This document shows, one piece after another, positions 29,272 through 39,301 of a DNA stretch of 64,000 nucleotides (position 1 is its first letter; each line of letters begins with the position of its first letter). Made by a program: the position numbers and the translations under genes. Source of the stretch: Spirochaetia bacterium (GTDB taxonomy: Bacteria > Spirochaetota > Spirochaetia > SZUA-6 > Bin103). The stretch is from contig CBDBOV010000005.1 in the NCBI GenBank assembly GCA_965208575.1, positions 1,024,001 through 1,088,000 on the forward strand, written 5' to 3'. The notes beneath the pieces were generated by a model. The model saw only the letters and a list, made by a program, of their open reading frames with translations, did not search any database and was not told the origin of the DNA.

Positions 29272-30510
29272 CTACGAGCGCGGTCCCATGACGCCGGGTT
29301 CGATTACGTCTTCGTCCGGCGAGATCAACTCGGGAAACGGGTCGGGGCGCACCGGCTCGCCGGTGGACCACAGAATGTCGAATTGGCCTTCCGCGTTGGC
29401 GGCGCCGATCTGGACGATCTTCCAGGTGTGGTTGTTGACCGGGTCGATCTTGACCATGCCCTCGGGTGCCTCGTACTCGACGCCGCGCAGCGCCATCCGC
29501 ACCTCGGCGGTGTCCGCGGTGCCCGCCTTTCTGACCGCTTCCGCCCACAGGTAGACACCGAAGTAGCCAGCCTCGATCGGATCGTCGGTCACCCGGTTCT
29601 CGCCGTAGGCCGCCTTGTAGCGCTCCACGAAGCCGGCGTTCTTGGGGCTGTCCATGCTCTGGAAGTAGTTCCAGGCCGCCAGGTGGCCGGCGATGTTCTC
29701 GGCGCCGATGCCCTTGATCTCCTCCTCGGCGACGCTCACCGACATGACGGGAATGTCATCCGGGCCGATGCCGGCCGCCTTGAGCTGCTTGAAGAACGCG
29801 ACGTTGCTGTCGCCGTTGAGGGTATTGAAGATCACGTCCGGCTCGGCTGCCTTGATCTTGGTGATCACGGTGGCGTACTCGGTGTGGCCGAGCGGGGTGT
29901 ACTCCTCCGCCACCGTGTTGCCGCCTTCGGCCTCGAGCTGAATCTTGATGATCTTGTTGGCGGTGCGCGGAAACACGTAGTCGGAACCGAGCAGGAAGAA
30001 ATCCTTGCCCTTCTCCTGCAGCAGCCAGGAGACCGCCGGCATGATCTGCTGGTTCGGGGCGGCGCCGGTGTAGATGATGTTCTTGGATGCCTCCAGGCCC
30101 TCGTACTGGACCGGGTAGAACAGCAGGTGGTCGAGACCCTCGAATACCGGCAGCACGGCCTTGCGGCTCGCCGACGTCCAGCAGCCGAATACCACCTCGA
30201 CCTCGTCACGCTCGATCAGCTTGCGCGCCTTCTCGGCGAACGTGGGCCAGTCGGACGCGCCGTCCTCGATGATCGGCACGATCTGCTTGCCGAGCAGTCC
30301 GCCGGCGGCGTTGATCTCGTTGATCGCCAGAATGGTAGCGTCCTTTACGGCTACTTCGCTGATCGACATGGTGCCGCTCAGGGAGTGCAGGACCCCGACC
30401 TTGATGACATCGCCGTCTTCTCCTTCGCCGCCGGCGAACGCGGCAAACGGTAGAAGAAGGGCGAAACCGGTGAAGAGCAGAGCTCTGAGCATCGCTCTTG
30501 GGAAACGCAT
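29272..30510 (-). CDS. urtA: Urea ABC transporter substrate-binding protein UrtA
   Basis: '[17 protein letters not shown]', '[14 protein letters not shown]', '[14 protein letters not shown]', 'YPVQYEG', '[11 protein letters not shown]'; ATG 30510 with GGAGG RBS. Confidence 0.96.
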   Translation of the reverse strand: MRFPRAMLRALLFTGFALLLPFAAFAGGEGEDGDVIKVGVLHSLSGTMSISEVAVKDATILAINEINAAGGLLGKQIVPIIEDGASDWPTFAEKARKLIERDEVEVVFGCWTSASRKAVLPVFEGLDHLLFYPVQYEGLEASKNIIYTGAAPNQQIMPAVSWLLQEKGKDFFLLGSDYVFPRTANKIIKIQLEAEGGNTVAEEYTPLGHTEYATVITKIKAAEPDVIFNTLNGDSNVAFFKQLKAAGIGPDDIPVMSVSVAEEEIKGIGAENIAGHLAAWNYFQSMDSPKNAGFVERYKAAYGENRVTDDPIEAGYFGVYLWAEAVRKAGTADTAEVRMALRGVEYEAPEGMVKIDPVNNHTWKIVQIGAANAEGQFDILWSTGEPVRPDPFPELISPDEDVIEPGVMGPRS

Positions 30511-30573
30511 GGGTTCCTCCATGGAAATTGATGTGGTCGAGAGACGCTCGACGCGATCTCTCGTCCACGGTAG

Positions 30574-30590
30574 TGCAAGAACGGTGCCAA
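30574..30590 (-). promoter_or_regulatory. Sigma-54 (-24/-12) promoter of the urt-ure operon
   Basis: Minus strand reads TTGGCACCGTTCTTGCA: GG-N10-GC with the TGGCAC and TTGCA consensus halves, 63 nt upstream of the urtA start. Confidence 0.85.
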
Positions 30591-30673
30591 CCAATTCGGC
30601 CCCGGCATGGCTGATGATCGATCGTGCGTAGACCCACAGGTGCCTACGTTTGCGTAGGTGTATACGGTGGATG

Positions 30674-31696
30674 CTACATATTGGTCGCTTCGTTGGCATG
30701 ATGGGGCGGGGCCGACTCCTCGGGCCGCCAGTAGCGTTCATGCGTCCCGATTCGCTGGTGTGCGCCGCAGGCGGCGAGATCGCGGCGCATCGTCGCGTTG
30801 TCGCCGTATATCGCCGCAACCTGCGATTCGTAGCATGCGACGGCGGCGATCTTGGTGTCGAACTGACCGCCGATGTCGGTCAACTCGGGACGCAGCACCA
30901 GGCGGCTCCTGCGACGGGCCCCGAAACGGGCGCGGGCGAACCGCGCCAGCAGCAGGATGAACAGCAGCCGCCGGGCGACCGGCCCGGCGTGGCGGGACAG
31001 TTGCGCAGACGACATGAGTGCGCCGTACGCCTCGCGGGCGCACACCGCGACGGAGGGCGGCGCGCCAGGCGCGGATGCGATGCCTGCCTGCTCGAACCTC
31101 TGCCGCAAGAGGTGAGGGACGCACACGTAGGGGGCATCTTCGAAATACGTGATCTCGCCTCCGGCGCGGACGCCGGACCGGTGCAGGTCGAACCCGGCCG
31201 CCGCCACGATCTGGTGGTCGACGTGGTTGCCTACTGCCAGTGGAAAGTAGAGCCGGGCGGTCGGCCAGCGGCGGACGATGCGCGCCACCTCGTGCGCGAC
31301 CTCGGCGCGCAGCGGTCCCTCGCGTTGCCCGACCGGAGCGGTGATGCCGGCCAGCGAGGCGTAGCGCCGGTGGCGTTGGATGGCATCGGGGAAATCGAGC
31401 CAGCGGTGGTCCGCGCCCACCACGTCGAGCGCGCGACGGTCCTCGCGGCGCCGGGAGGGTATGTCCTGAAACGGTGCGAACGCCGGTGGCGGGCGCGTGG
31501 CGCCGGCGCCGCAGCCGGCGAACACGGTGACCACCAGCACCGGGAGTCCGGCACCGGTCTGGCCGGCGATGCGGCCCGCGCACGACAGCACTGCGTCGTC
31601 GAGGTGCGGAGAAAAGTAGATATGCCCGTATTCCGGTTTCGAATTGCCGGACGGCGGGCGATGCCCGGGTATGGAATTCATCGTCTTCCCTGTCAC
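30674..31696 (-). CDS. PIG-L/LmbE family N-deacetylase
   Basis: Zn motifs '[12 protein letters not shown]' and 'AVGNHVDH', plus 'RRREDRRA', 'YFEDAPY', '[10 protein letters not shown]', 'ERYW'. Confidence 0.9.
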   Translation of the reverse strand: MTGKTMNSIPGHRPPSGNSKPEYGHIYFSPHLDDAVLSCAGRIAGQTGAGLPVLVVTVFAGCGAGATRPPPAFAPFQDIPSRRREDRRALDVVGADHRWLDFPDAIQRHRRYASLAGITAPVGQREGPLRAEVAHEVARIVRRWPTARLYFPLAVGNHVDHQIVAAAGFDLHRSGVRAGGEITYFEDAPYVCVPHLLRQRFEQAGIASAPGAPPSVAVCAREAYGALMSSAQLSRHAGPVARRLLFILLLARFARARFGARRRSRLVLRPELTDIGGQFDTKIAAVACYESQVAAIYGDNATMRRDLAACGAHQRIGTHERYWRPEESAPPHHANEATNM

Positions 31697-31751
31697 GCAG
31701 CGACCGCTACCGACTCGTCAAGATGCACCGAAAGGGTATAGTCTCCCTGTC

Positions 31752-33017
31752 GTGACGGTCTGCATAGTAACGCTTGGCACCCTTGGGGACGTACTGCCCC
31801 TATGCGCGTTGGGTGCCGGACTTACCCGCGCGGGCCACACCGTGCGCGTGGCCACGCACGATCACTACCGGCGCTTCGTGCTCGACCACGGGCTCGAGCA
31901 TGCATCCATGCCGCTGGATCCCGTGGAGTTGTTCAGCGGCGTGTGGGGCAGTGATTGGCTCGCTTCGCGCAACAACCCGCTGCGTTTCATGAGCGGGTTG
32001 GCAAGGGTGGGGCGCGCGGTCATTCCCCACATGACGCGCGATGCCCGCGCGGCGTGCGCCGGCGCGGACGCGGTGGTGTTCACCCCGTTGGGGATGGTGG
32101 CCCATCACATCGCCGAACAGCGCGGCATTCCCGCGTTCCTGGCAGCCCTGCAACCGATCACGCCGACCACCCGGTTCCCGAGCGTGGTGGCGCCGGCCGG
32201 GTTGCGTCTCGGCCGCGGTTACAACCTGTTGAGCCATCTCGCCACCGAGCAGGCGTTCTGGCTGCCGTGGCGCCGCCAGTTCAATCGCGTGCGCCGCGAA
32301 CAGTTCGACCTGCCGCCGATGCGCTTCGGCGGCGTCGCCCGGCAACTGCGCCGCCAGGGTACGCCGCACCTGTACGGGTTCAGCCCGCTGGTCGTGCCGC
32401 CGCCGGACGACTGGCCCGGATGGGCGCACGTCACCGGCTATTGGTTTCCGGCCACGCGCGACCTGTGGGGTGTGCCGGAGGAGTTGCAGCGGTTCCTGGA
32501 CGCCGGTCCGGCGCCGGTGTGCGTCGGCTTCAGCAGTCTCAAGGTGGACGATCCGGAGGCGCTGACGCGGACCGTCATGGCGGCGTTGCGCCGCGCCGGG
32601 CGGCGCGGCGTGCTGCTGCGCGGGTGGGGTGCGCTGCAGCCGGGGCAGCACGGCCCCGACATGCTGGTGATCGACTCGGCGCCCCACGACTACCTGTTCG
32701 AGCACGTTGCCGCGGTGGTGCATCCGGGCGGCGCCGGTACCAGCGCGGCGTCCCTGCGCGCCGGCATACCGTCGGTGGTGGTGCCCGGCTTCTCCGACCA
32801 GTTCTTCTGGGCCCAGCGCCTGGTCGCCCTCGGCGTGGCGCCGCCGCCGCTGCGCTGGCGCAATCTCGATGCCGCCGTGCTCGGCCATGCCATCGAGCGT
32901 GCCGCCACCGACACGGCAATCCGGCAGGCGGCCCAGGCCGCGCGCCGCCGACTGCGTGCCGAGGACGGCGTCGGACGGGCCGTCTCCACCATTCAGCACT
33001 ACTTGGAAGCGGCCTAG
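31752..33017 (+). CDS. GT1 glycosyltransferase, sterol 3-beta-glucosyltransferase/rhamnosyltransferase-like
   Basis: 'TLGTLGDVLP', 'LYGFSP..VP.P.DW', 'HVTGYWF', 'PHDYLF', 'VHPGGAGT', 'DQFFW'; start GTG 31752. Confidence 0.9.
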   Translation: MTVCIVTLGTLGDVLPLCALGAGLTRAGHTVRVATHDHYRRFVLDHGLEHASMPLDPVELFSGVWGSDWLASRNNPLRFMSGLARVGRAVIPHMTRDARAACAGADAVVFTPLGMVAHHIAEQRGIPAFLAALQPITPTTRFPSVVAPAGLRLGRGYNLLSHLATEQAFWLPWRRQFNRVRREQFDLPPMRFGGVARQLRRQGTPHLYGFSPLVVPPPDDWPGWAHVTGYWFPATRDLWGVPEELQRFLDAGPAPVCVGFSSLKVDDPEALTRTVMAALRRAGRRGVLLRGWGALQPGQHGPDMLVIDSAPHDYLFEHVAAVVHPGGAGTSAASLRAGIPSVVVPGFSDQFFWAQRLVALGVAPPPLRWRNLDAAVLGHAIERAATDTAIRQAAQAARRRLRAEDGVGRAVSTIQHYLEAA

Positions 33018-33070
33018 CCGCGCGTGGCCACACTCCCGCTGCATTCGAGCGGCGTGCCGGGCGGGCGCCG

Positions 33071-33838
33071 TCAGGCGCGCAGGTGAGTCCGGTCGCCCTC
33101 GAGGTTCAGCGTCAGCAACTTGAGGTACCATCGCTCACCGGTGAGCGCGGACCACAGCGTAAAGCGGCGTTGCGCCGCAACCCGGCACCCGTACAGGGTC
33201 TGGGTGCGTCCGGTGATGAAGTCTTGATTGTGCGGCTCCGCGATCTGCCCGTGCAGGCCGCGTATTCCCCGCTCGCACAGGTGCCGGATCAGGGCGTCGC
33301 CGAGGCGTACCATGCACAGGTAGATCAGGAACCCGTCGCGCTGCAACTCGGCGTCCACGCCGAGGTGGGCGTGCGCCGGGAACTGCCTCAGGTCCGCCTC
33401 CGGAACCTCACGCCAGCCGCGCGACAGCGCCCACCACAGGGTGCGGTAGGTGGCGATCCGCCGATAGCGGCCGGTGAGCAGCCGCGCCATCACCCGCACC
33501 GCGAGTTGCGGGCCGTAGCGCAGCAGCACCATGCGCTGGTAGCGGCGGGTGTCCTTGCAGCCCATGATGTAGCCGACCACGCGCCCGGCGCGCTCGGCGA
33601 CGAAGCAGGACTCCGGCTCGTAGCGCAGGTAGTAGTCCATGAACAGCTTGAGCAGCACCGGCTGGTCCTCGAAGAACGCGGCGAGAGGCCGCCCGCGCAG
33701 CGCGGTGGCGGCGATGATCGCCGCGATGCGGCGCCGGTCGCCGGCCCGGTAGGCACGGATGCGAAGGCGGCGCGCCGACGGCGCCGCGGACGCCCTGCGG
33801 TCCTGTTCCCAGACCCGGCTCGCCGATCGTTTGCTCAT
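33071..33838 (-). CDS. GNAT-like acyltransferase
   Basis: 'IRAYRAGD', 'YYLRYEPESCFVAE..GRVVGYIMG..DT', 'PAHAHLGV'; the CoA-binding Q/R-x-x-G-x-G motif is degenerate. Confidence 0.7.
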   Translation of the reverse strand: MSKRSASRVWEQDRRASAAPSARRLRIRAYRAGDRRRIAAIIAATALRGRPLAAFFEDQPVLLKLFMDYYLRYEPESCFVAERAGRVVGYIMGCKDTRRYQRMVLLRYGPQLAVRVMARLLTGRYRRIATYRTLWWALSRGWREVPEADLRQFPAHAHLGVDAELQRDGFLIYLCMVRLGDALIRHLCERGIRGLHGQIAEPHNQDFITGRTQTLYGCRVAAQRRFTLWSALTGERWYLKLLTLNLEGDRTHLRA

Positions 33839-33912
33839 GGCCGCCGCCAGCATACCACTCATCACCGCGTTGCCGTCCGCCCATGCGCGGGCGCAGCGCG
33901 CGCGGTGCCGCA

Positions 33913-36315
33913 ATGACCGGCGCCGGCACCCGTCCGCCGCGCACCGCCGCGCAGCGGGCGTTCGAGGTGGTCGCCCGCTCCGTGGCCCGCCACGGCACGG
34001 CGGTGCTGGCGGGCGTGGCCCTGGTTACCGCGGCCGCCGCCTGGCAGGCCGCGCGCATCGGCGTGGATGCCAACATCGCCGGCCTCCTGCCGCAGGATTC
34101 GCAGACGCGCCGGCTGATTGACGAGTACGGCGACACTACCGCGGCCAGCGAACTGCTGGTCGTCGGGGTGAGTCATCCTGAACTGCTGAGCCTGCCGCAG
34201 CTTGCCCGGGTGGGCGAGATCGACCGGCGCATAGCCGCACTGCCGGAAGTGGTCGGCAGCGTGACGCCGTTCAACGTGGTGACCTTCCAGCGGCGGCGCG
34301 GCGGCCTGGTGCTCGGGCCGCTGGCAGCCGGCGGCACGGCGCCGGCCAGCGCGGCCGCCCTGGCGGAGTTCGATGGCCGGCGGGAGGCGGCTCCGGACGT
34401 GCTGTCGGCGCTGCTCGATCCCGATATCGCCGCGGCGAGCATGATCTACTCGGTCGCGGTGCAGGGCGACTACGCGGACTTCCTGGCCCGGGTGCACGAC
34501 ATTCTCGCGCAACACGCGGCCGGGCTGTCGACGGCGCTCGGCGGGTGGCTTCCGCTCTACGAGGCTACCAGGCGCTACATCACCGGCGAGGTCCCGCTGC
34601 TGTCCGGACTGGCCGCACTCATCACCCTGCTGATGTACCTCGTGAGCTTCGCATCGCTGCGCGCGGTCATCCTGCCGCTGCTGACCATCTGCACCGCACT
34701 GCTGTGGACCTTCGGCCTGATGTCGCTGGCCGGCGTGCCGCTGAGCATGGCCAGCCTCATGCTGCCGCCACTGATCTTCGCGCTCGGCAGTTCCTACAGC
34801 ATCCACCTGCTGCACCGCTACTTCAGTACCGCGCGGGCGCGCGCCGCGGAGGCCGGGCCGGGCGGCGGGCCGGCGCCGCGGGCCACCCGCGCGCTGCGCG
34901 GCGTGGAGGTGGCGCGCGCCACCGCCGGCGTCAGCCAGACCATCATGCTCGCCGCTCTCACCACGGCCGCCGGCTTCGCGAGCCTGCTGCTCAGCGGCAT
35001 GCAGCGCGTGCGCGAGTTCGGGCTGTTCGCGGCACTCGGCATCGTGATGTGCGCACTGGTCACGATGCTGGTCTACCCGGCGGTACTGGCACGTTTGCCG
35101 CTGCCGGCGCCGCGCCTGCGGGACCGCCTGGAGAGCGGCTGGCTGGCGGCGCAGGTGATGCGCCTGCGCCGCCTGGTCCCGCGCCGGCCGCGCTGGGTGT
35201 ACGCGTTCCTGGCGGTGCTGGCGGGCGCGCTGGCCGTCTCCGCCGCCAATCTGAGCTATCAGACCGACGTAGCCGGCTTCTTTCGCGGATCGGTGGCGGC
35301 GGTGGAGGACAACCGCCTCCTGGTGCGGCGTTTTGGAAGCTACGTCGACCTGAACCTGACCGTCTCCGTGCCGGCATCGTCGGGCTTGCCGAGCGCCGAA
35401 ATCCTGCGCCGGCTCGACCGATTCGCGAGCGTGATGAGCGAGCATCCCGACGTGAGCCACGTGACCTCGATCACCGCCTACGCGCGGTCTCTGAACCAGG
35501 TTCTTACCGGGTCGCGGGAGTACCCGGACAACCGCGCGGTCGAGCAGCTCTTTCAGCGGCTGCTCGCGCTCGCGGCCGCGGATGGCACAGACCTCGGCGG
35601 GCTGCTCGACCTGGAGCGCCGGCGCGTGACCACGCGCATCTGGGTGCGCGACGGCGCCACCGGGTGGTTGCTGTCGGAGTCGGCGCTGAGCGCTCTGGTC
35701 GCCTCCGTGGAGGACACCGGGCGGCGCATCTTCGCCGCCGAGGCGGAGCCCGCGGTGTGGGGCTGGAGCATGGTCACCCTGCGCGTGGCGGAGCTGCTCA
35801 CTCGCGAGCAGTTCACCTCCACGGTGTTGTCTGCGCTGCTCGTGCTGCTCATCACCTCCGCGGCGTTTCGTTCGCTGCGCTTCGGATTGCTGACACTGCT
35901 TCCGCTGGTCACGGCGATCATGGTTACGTTTGTGGTGATGGCGGTTGCCGGGATTCCGTTCGACGTACTCACCGTCAGTTTCGCGGGCGTGGCGATCGGG
36001 GTAGGAGTGGATGACTCCATCCACTTCCTGTTGCACTACCGGCGGGCGGCGCGGCGCGACCCGCACACCGCCGTCGAGGTAGCGATGCAACACGCCGGGC
36101 GCGCGATCCTGATCACCACGGCGGCAATCGTGGCCGGCCTGCTGGCGCTCGCGGTCTCCCGCTTCCTGCCGGTGGTCTACCTGGGCATGCTGATCTCGGT
36201 CACGCTGATCGCCGCCACGTTCGGCACCCTGGTCCTGGTGCCGCCGCTGCTCGGCGGCCGGGGGCGCCGCCGTCTGCCGGGCCGCGCCGCGCAGCGCCAG
36301 GCGGCGGGCTCATGA
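33913..36315 (+). CDS. MMPL/RND-family lipid transporter
   Basis: Two repeats of TM + periplasmic domain + TM bundle; 'AALTTAAGFASL', 'VREFG', 'IGVGVDDSIHF', 'GRAILIT'. Confidence 0.9.
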   Translation: MTGAGTRPPRTAAQRAFEVVARSVARHGTAVLAGVALVTAAAAWQAARIGVDANIAGLLPQDSQTRRLIDEYGDTTAASELLVVGVSHPELLSLPQLARVGEIDRRIAALPEVVGSVTPFNVVTFQRRRGGLVLGPLAAGGTAPASAAALAEFDGRREAAPDVLSALLDPDIAAASMIYSVAVQGDYADFLARVHDILAQHAAGLSTALGGWLPLYEATRRYITGEVPLLSGLAALITLLMYLVSFASLRAVILPLLTICTALLWTFGLMSLAGVPLSMASLMLPPLIFALGSSYSIHLLHRYFSTARARAAEAGPGGGPAPRATRALRGVEVARATAGVSQTIMLAALTTAAGFASLLLSGMQRVREFGLFAALGIVMCALVTMLVYPAVLARLPLPAPRLRDRLESGWLAAQVMRLRRLVPRRPRWVYAFLAVLAGALAVSAANLSYQTDVAGFFRGSVAAVEDNRLLVRRFGSYVDLNLTVSVPASSGLPSAEILRRLDRFASVMSEHPDVSHVTSITAYARSLNQVLTGSREYPDNRAVEQLFQRLLALAAADGTDLGGLLDLERRRVTTRIWVRDGATGWLLSESALSALVASVEDTGRRIFAAEAEPAVWGWSMVTLRVAELLTREQFTSTVLSALLVLLITSAAFRSLRFGLLTLLPLVTAIMVTFVVMAVAGIPFDVLTVSFAGVAIGVGVDDSIHFLLHYRRAARRDPHTAVEVAMQHAGRAILITTAAIVAGLLALAVSRFLPVVYLGMLISVTLIAATFGTLVLVPPLLGGRGRRRLPGRAAQRQAAGS

Positions 36316-36983
36316 AGCTGAGCATCGTGATTCCGGCGCACAACGAGGAGCGCGTGATCGGCGCCGCGCTGAGCGCAATCCGGACGCAATGCCCCCCGGC
36401 GCACGAAGTGATCGTGGTGTGCAATGGTTGCCGAGACGCGACCGCGGCGCGCGCGCGGGCCGGGGGCGCCCGCGTGGTGGTGACCGAGCACAGCGGGGTG
36501 AGCCTGGCGCGCAACCTGGGCGCCGCGCACGCGACCGGCGACACGCTGCTGTTCGTGGACGCGGACGTGCGCCTCGCGCCGGGGCTGACCGGCGCCATAC
36601 GCGCCGCGGCGTCGGTTCGCCGGGCCACGGTCGGCACGGTGCGCGTGGTGCCCGACTGCCGGCGCTACCTGTTGCACTACGCGGTGGCGGCGTTGATGAT
36701 CCGCTCGTTGCGCGCCGCCTGCAACGGGCTGATCTTCTGCTCGGCGCCGCTGTTCGCGGCGGCCGGCGGGTTCCCGGAGGGAATCCAGGTCGGTGAGGAC
36801 AACCTGTTCATGCGCCGCGCGCGCCGGGTGCCGGGCACCCGCTACCGGTTCATCCCGCGTCCGCCGGCAATCTCGGACACGCGCCGGCTGCGGCGCTGGG
36901 GCAGCCTGCGGCTGCTGTACACCTGGCTGCGCGCCATGGTCGCGCGCGACAAGCGCTCGGTAGGGTACGCCGCCGTCCGCTGA
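36312..36983 (+). CDS. GT2 glycosyltransferase
   Basis: 'SIVIPAHNEE', 'ARNLGA', DxD 'FVDAD', 'GGF...GED'; ATGA overlap with the MMPL gene. Confidence 0.92.
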   Translation: MKLSIVIPAHNEERVIGAALSAIRTQCPPAHEVIVVCNGCRDATAARARAGGARVVVTEHSGVSLARNLGAAHATGDTLLFVDADVRLAPGLTGAIRAAASVRRATVGTVRVVPDCRRYLLHYAVAALMIRSLRAACNGLIFCSAPLFAAAGGFPEGIQVGEDNLFMRRARRVPGTRYRFIPRPPAISDTRRLRRWGSLRLLYTWLRAMVARDKRSVGYAAVR

Positions 36984-37088
36984 GCCAGGCAAACGCGGTG
37001 GGCCTGCCGCCGGCGCGGATGTCGCGCGCAGGCTTGCCAGTGCGCCGCCGTGCCCGCCATCCTTAGACCACTGATGGAGGTGGATTTC

Positions 37089-38267
37089 ATGAGCAAGATT
37101 GCAAGGGCGCTCGGGATCGCCTGCGCGGCGCTGTCCTGTTGCGCGGCGCTTGCCGTTGCGACGCCGATCAAGGTGGGCGTGCTGCTGCCCTCCTCGGGCG
37201 TGTACGCCGGGCTGGGCAACGACCAGACGCTGGCGCTGGAACTGGGCTTCGACGAGTTCGGGCGCGCGGTGGCCGGCCGCGAAATCGAGCTGGTATACGC
37301 CGACAGCGAGGCGAAGCCGAGCACCGGACTCGCCCAGATCAAGAAGCTGGTATTGCGCGACCGCGTCGACGTGGTGGTCGGCATCATCTCATCGGCGGTA
37401 GCCGGAGCGGTGCGCGACTTCATCCATAACGCGCAGGTTCCGCTGGTGATCACCAACGCCGGCAACGACCACCTGACCGGCGAGCAGTGCAGCCCGTGGA
37501 TCATGCGCAGCTCGTTCTCCAATGCACAGATCAGCCGGGAGATGGGCCCGTGGATGGCGGCCGCGGGCTACCGGAACGTGTTTCTGATGGCGTTCGACTA
37601 CGCCGCCGGACACCAGGCCATGGACGCGTTCCGGGGCGGCTTCCTCGCCGCCGGCGGCACCATCGCCGGCGAGGAGTACCCGCCGCTCGGCGAAACCGAG
37701 GACTTCGGACCCTACTTGGCCAAGATCAGGGCCGCCGGGCCCGACGCCGCCTACGTGTTCTTTGCCGGCGGTCCGGCGATCAAGTTCGTCAAGGAGTGGG
37801 CCGCGTTCGGGCTGCATGGCGAGGTGCAACTGGCGGGCGCGGGCTGGCTCAACTCCGCCCTGTACATCGACGCCCAGGGTGCCGACGCGGAAGGCACGCT
37901 GGGTATTCTCAACTACGTGCCGTCCATCGACACGGTGGAGAACCGCACGTTTCAGGAGCGCTTTCAGGCGGCGCACGGCCGTTCCGGATCGGAGTTCGGC
38001 GTCGCGGCCTACGACACGGCGCGGATGATCGTGGCAGCACTGCAGGCGACCGGCGGCAACACCGACGACAAGGCGGCGCTGGCGGCCGCCATGCGGGCGA
38101 CCACGTTCGACGGGCCGCGCGGGCCGTTCCGGATCGACCCGGCCACCAACAACGTGATCCAGAACCTGTACATCTTCGAGGTGCAGAAGCAGGGCGACGG
38201 TGTCGCGGCGGTGGTGCAGGAGGTGATTCCGCACGTCCAGGATGCCCCCAACGGCTGCTCGCTGTAG
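37089..38267 (+). CDS. Liv-type ABC transporter substrate-binding protein (aromatic/organic-acid subgroup)
   Basis: Signal peptide, 'IKVGVLLPSSGVYAGLG', 'DYAAG', 'FDGPRGPF'; GGAGGTG RBS before ATG 37089. Confidence 0.88.
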   Translation: MSKIARALGIACAALSCCAALAVATPIKVGVLLPSSGVYAGLGNDQTLALELGFDEFGRAVAGREIELVYADSEAKPSTGLAQIKKLVLRDRVDVVVGIISSAVAGAVRDFIHNAQVPLVITNAGNDHLTGEQCSPWIMRSSFSNAQISREMGPWMAAAGYRNVFLMAFDYAAGHQAMDAFRGGFLAAGGTIAGEEYPPLGETEDFGPYLAKIRAAGPDAAYVFFAGGPAIKFVKEWAAFGLHGEVQLAGAGWLNSALYIDAQGADAEGTLGILNYVPSIDTVENRTFQERFQAAHGRSGSEFGVAAYDTARMIVAALQATGGNTDDKAALAAAMRATTFDGPRGPFRIDPATNNVIQNLYIFEVQKQGDGVAAVVQEVIPHVQDAPNGCSL

Positions 38268-38370
38268 GCCGGGCGGGCGCCGCCGCGCCGGTCGGGGCGG
38301 CGCGGCGCGGCGCGCGCGAACAGGCTGAGTCGGTACGGTCACCCCGTGACACGGAAGACGATGAACACCG

Positions 38371-39288
38371 ATGTACGCGCATCGCCCGCTGGCCGGCCGG
38401 TTCGGACCAGTGCTGCTTGATCCCGGTTTCCTGATCGTCCAGACCCTCAACGGGCTGCAGCTTGCGGCACTGCTGTTCCTGCTGTCGATCGGTCTGTCGG
38501 TGGTATTCGGGCTGATGAATTTCATCAACCTCGCGCATGGCACGCTGTTCATGGCCGGCGCCTACCTGGCGCTGAGCGCCATGCGCGCGTTCGACTCGTT
38601 CTGGCTCGCTCTGCTGCTCGCGCCGCTCGGCGTGGCCGTGCTCGGGGCACTGCTCTACCTGGTGCTGCTGCGCCACCTGGAGCGCGCCGACCCGATGCGC
38701 CAGGTGCTGGCTACCTTCGGCCTGATCTTCGTCGGCGTCGAACTGGTCGACCTGGTGTGGGGCTCGCTGCCGCACACCATAGCGGTACCGCCCATGCTCG
38801 CCGGCAGCAGCACCATTCTCGGCCAGGTGTATCCCACCTACCGGCTGTTCATCATCGCCCTCGGCGCGGTGCTGTTCGTGCTGCTGTACGCCGCGCTCGA
38901 GCGCACGCGCCTCGGTGCGGTGGTGCGCGCCGGGGTCGACAACCGGACCATGGTCGCGGCGCTCGGGATCAACATCGGCTCGGTGTTCTTCCTGGTGTTC
39001 TGCCTGGGCTGCCTGCTCGCCGGACTCGCGGGTGCGGTGGCGGCGCCGGTGTTCTCGATTTTTCCCGGCATGGACATGTCGGTGCTGATACTCGCCCTGA
39101 TCGTGGTGGTGCTCGGCGGCCCCGGCAGTCTGAAGGGCGTGGCCGCCGGTTCGCTGATCATCGGCGTCGTCGACACCTATGGCCAGGTGGTGGCGCCGGG
39201 CCTGGCGCGGTTGACCGTGTACGGCCTGATGGCCGCGATCCTGCTGTGCAAGCCCGCGGGCCTGATTCCCGTGCGCAGCGGAAGCTGA
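38371..39288 (+). CDS. Liv-type ABC permease (LivH-like)
   Basis: 'GLSVVFGLMNFINLAHG', 'VVVLGGPGSL'. Start may be GTG 38410. Confidence 0.9.
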   Translation: MYAHRPLAGRFGPVLLDPGFLIVQTLNGLQLAALLFLLSIGLSVVFGLMNFINLAHGTLFMAGAYLALSAMRAFDSFWLALLLAPLGVAVLGALLYLVLLRHLERADPMRQVLATFGLIFVGVELVDLVWGSLPHTIAVPPMLAGSSTILGQVYPTYRLFIIALGAVLFVLLYAALERTRLGAVVRAGVDNRTMVAALGINIGSVFFLVFCLGCLLAGLAGAVAAPVFSIFPGMDMSVLILALIVVVLGGPGSLKGVAAGSLIIGVVDTYGQVVAPGLARLTVYGLMAAILLCKPAGLIPVRSGS

Positions 39289-39301
39289 CGGCGGCGGGGC
39301 C

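Noticed and set aside
30511-30673. Guanidine or other riboswitch upstream of urtA
   Set aside because: No recognisable riboswitch consensus; the leader after the sigma-54 promoter is only ~50 nt with a small hairpin.
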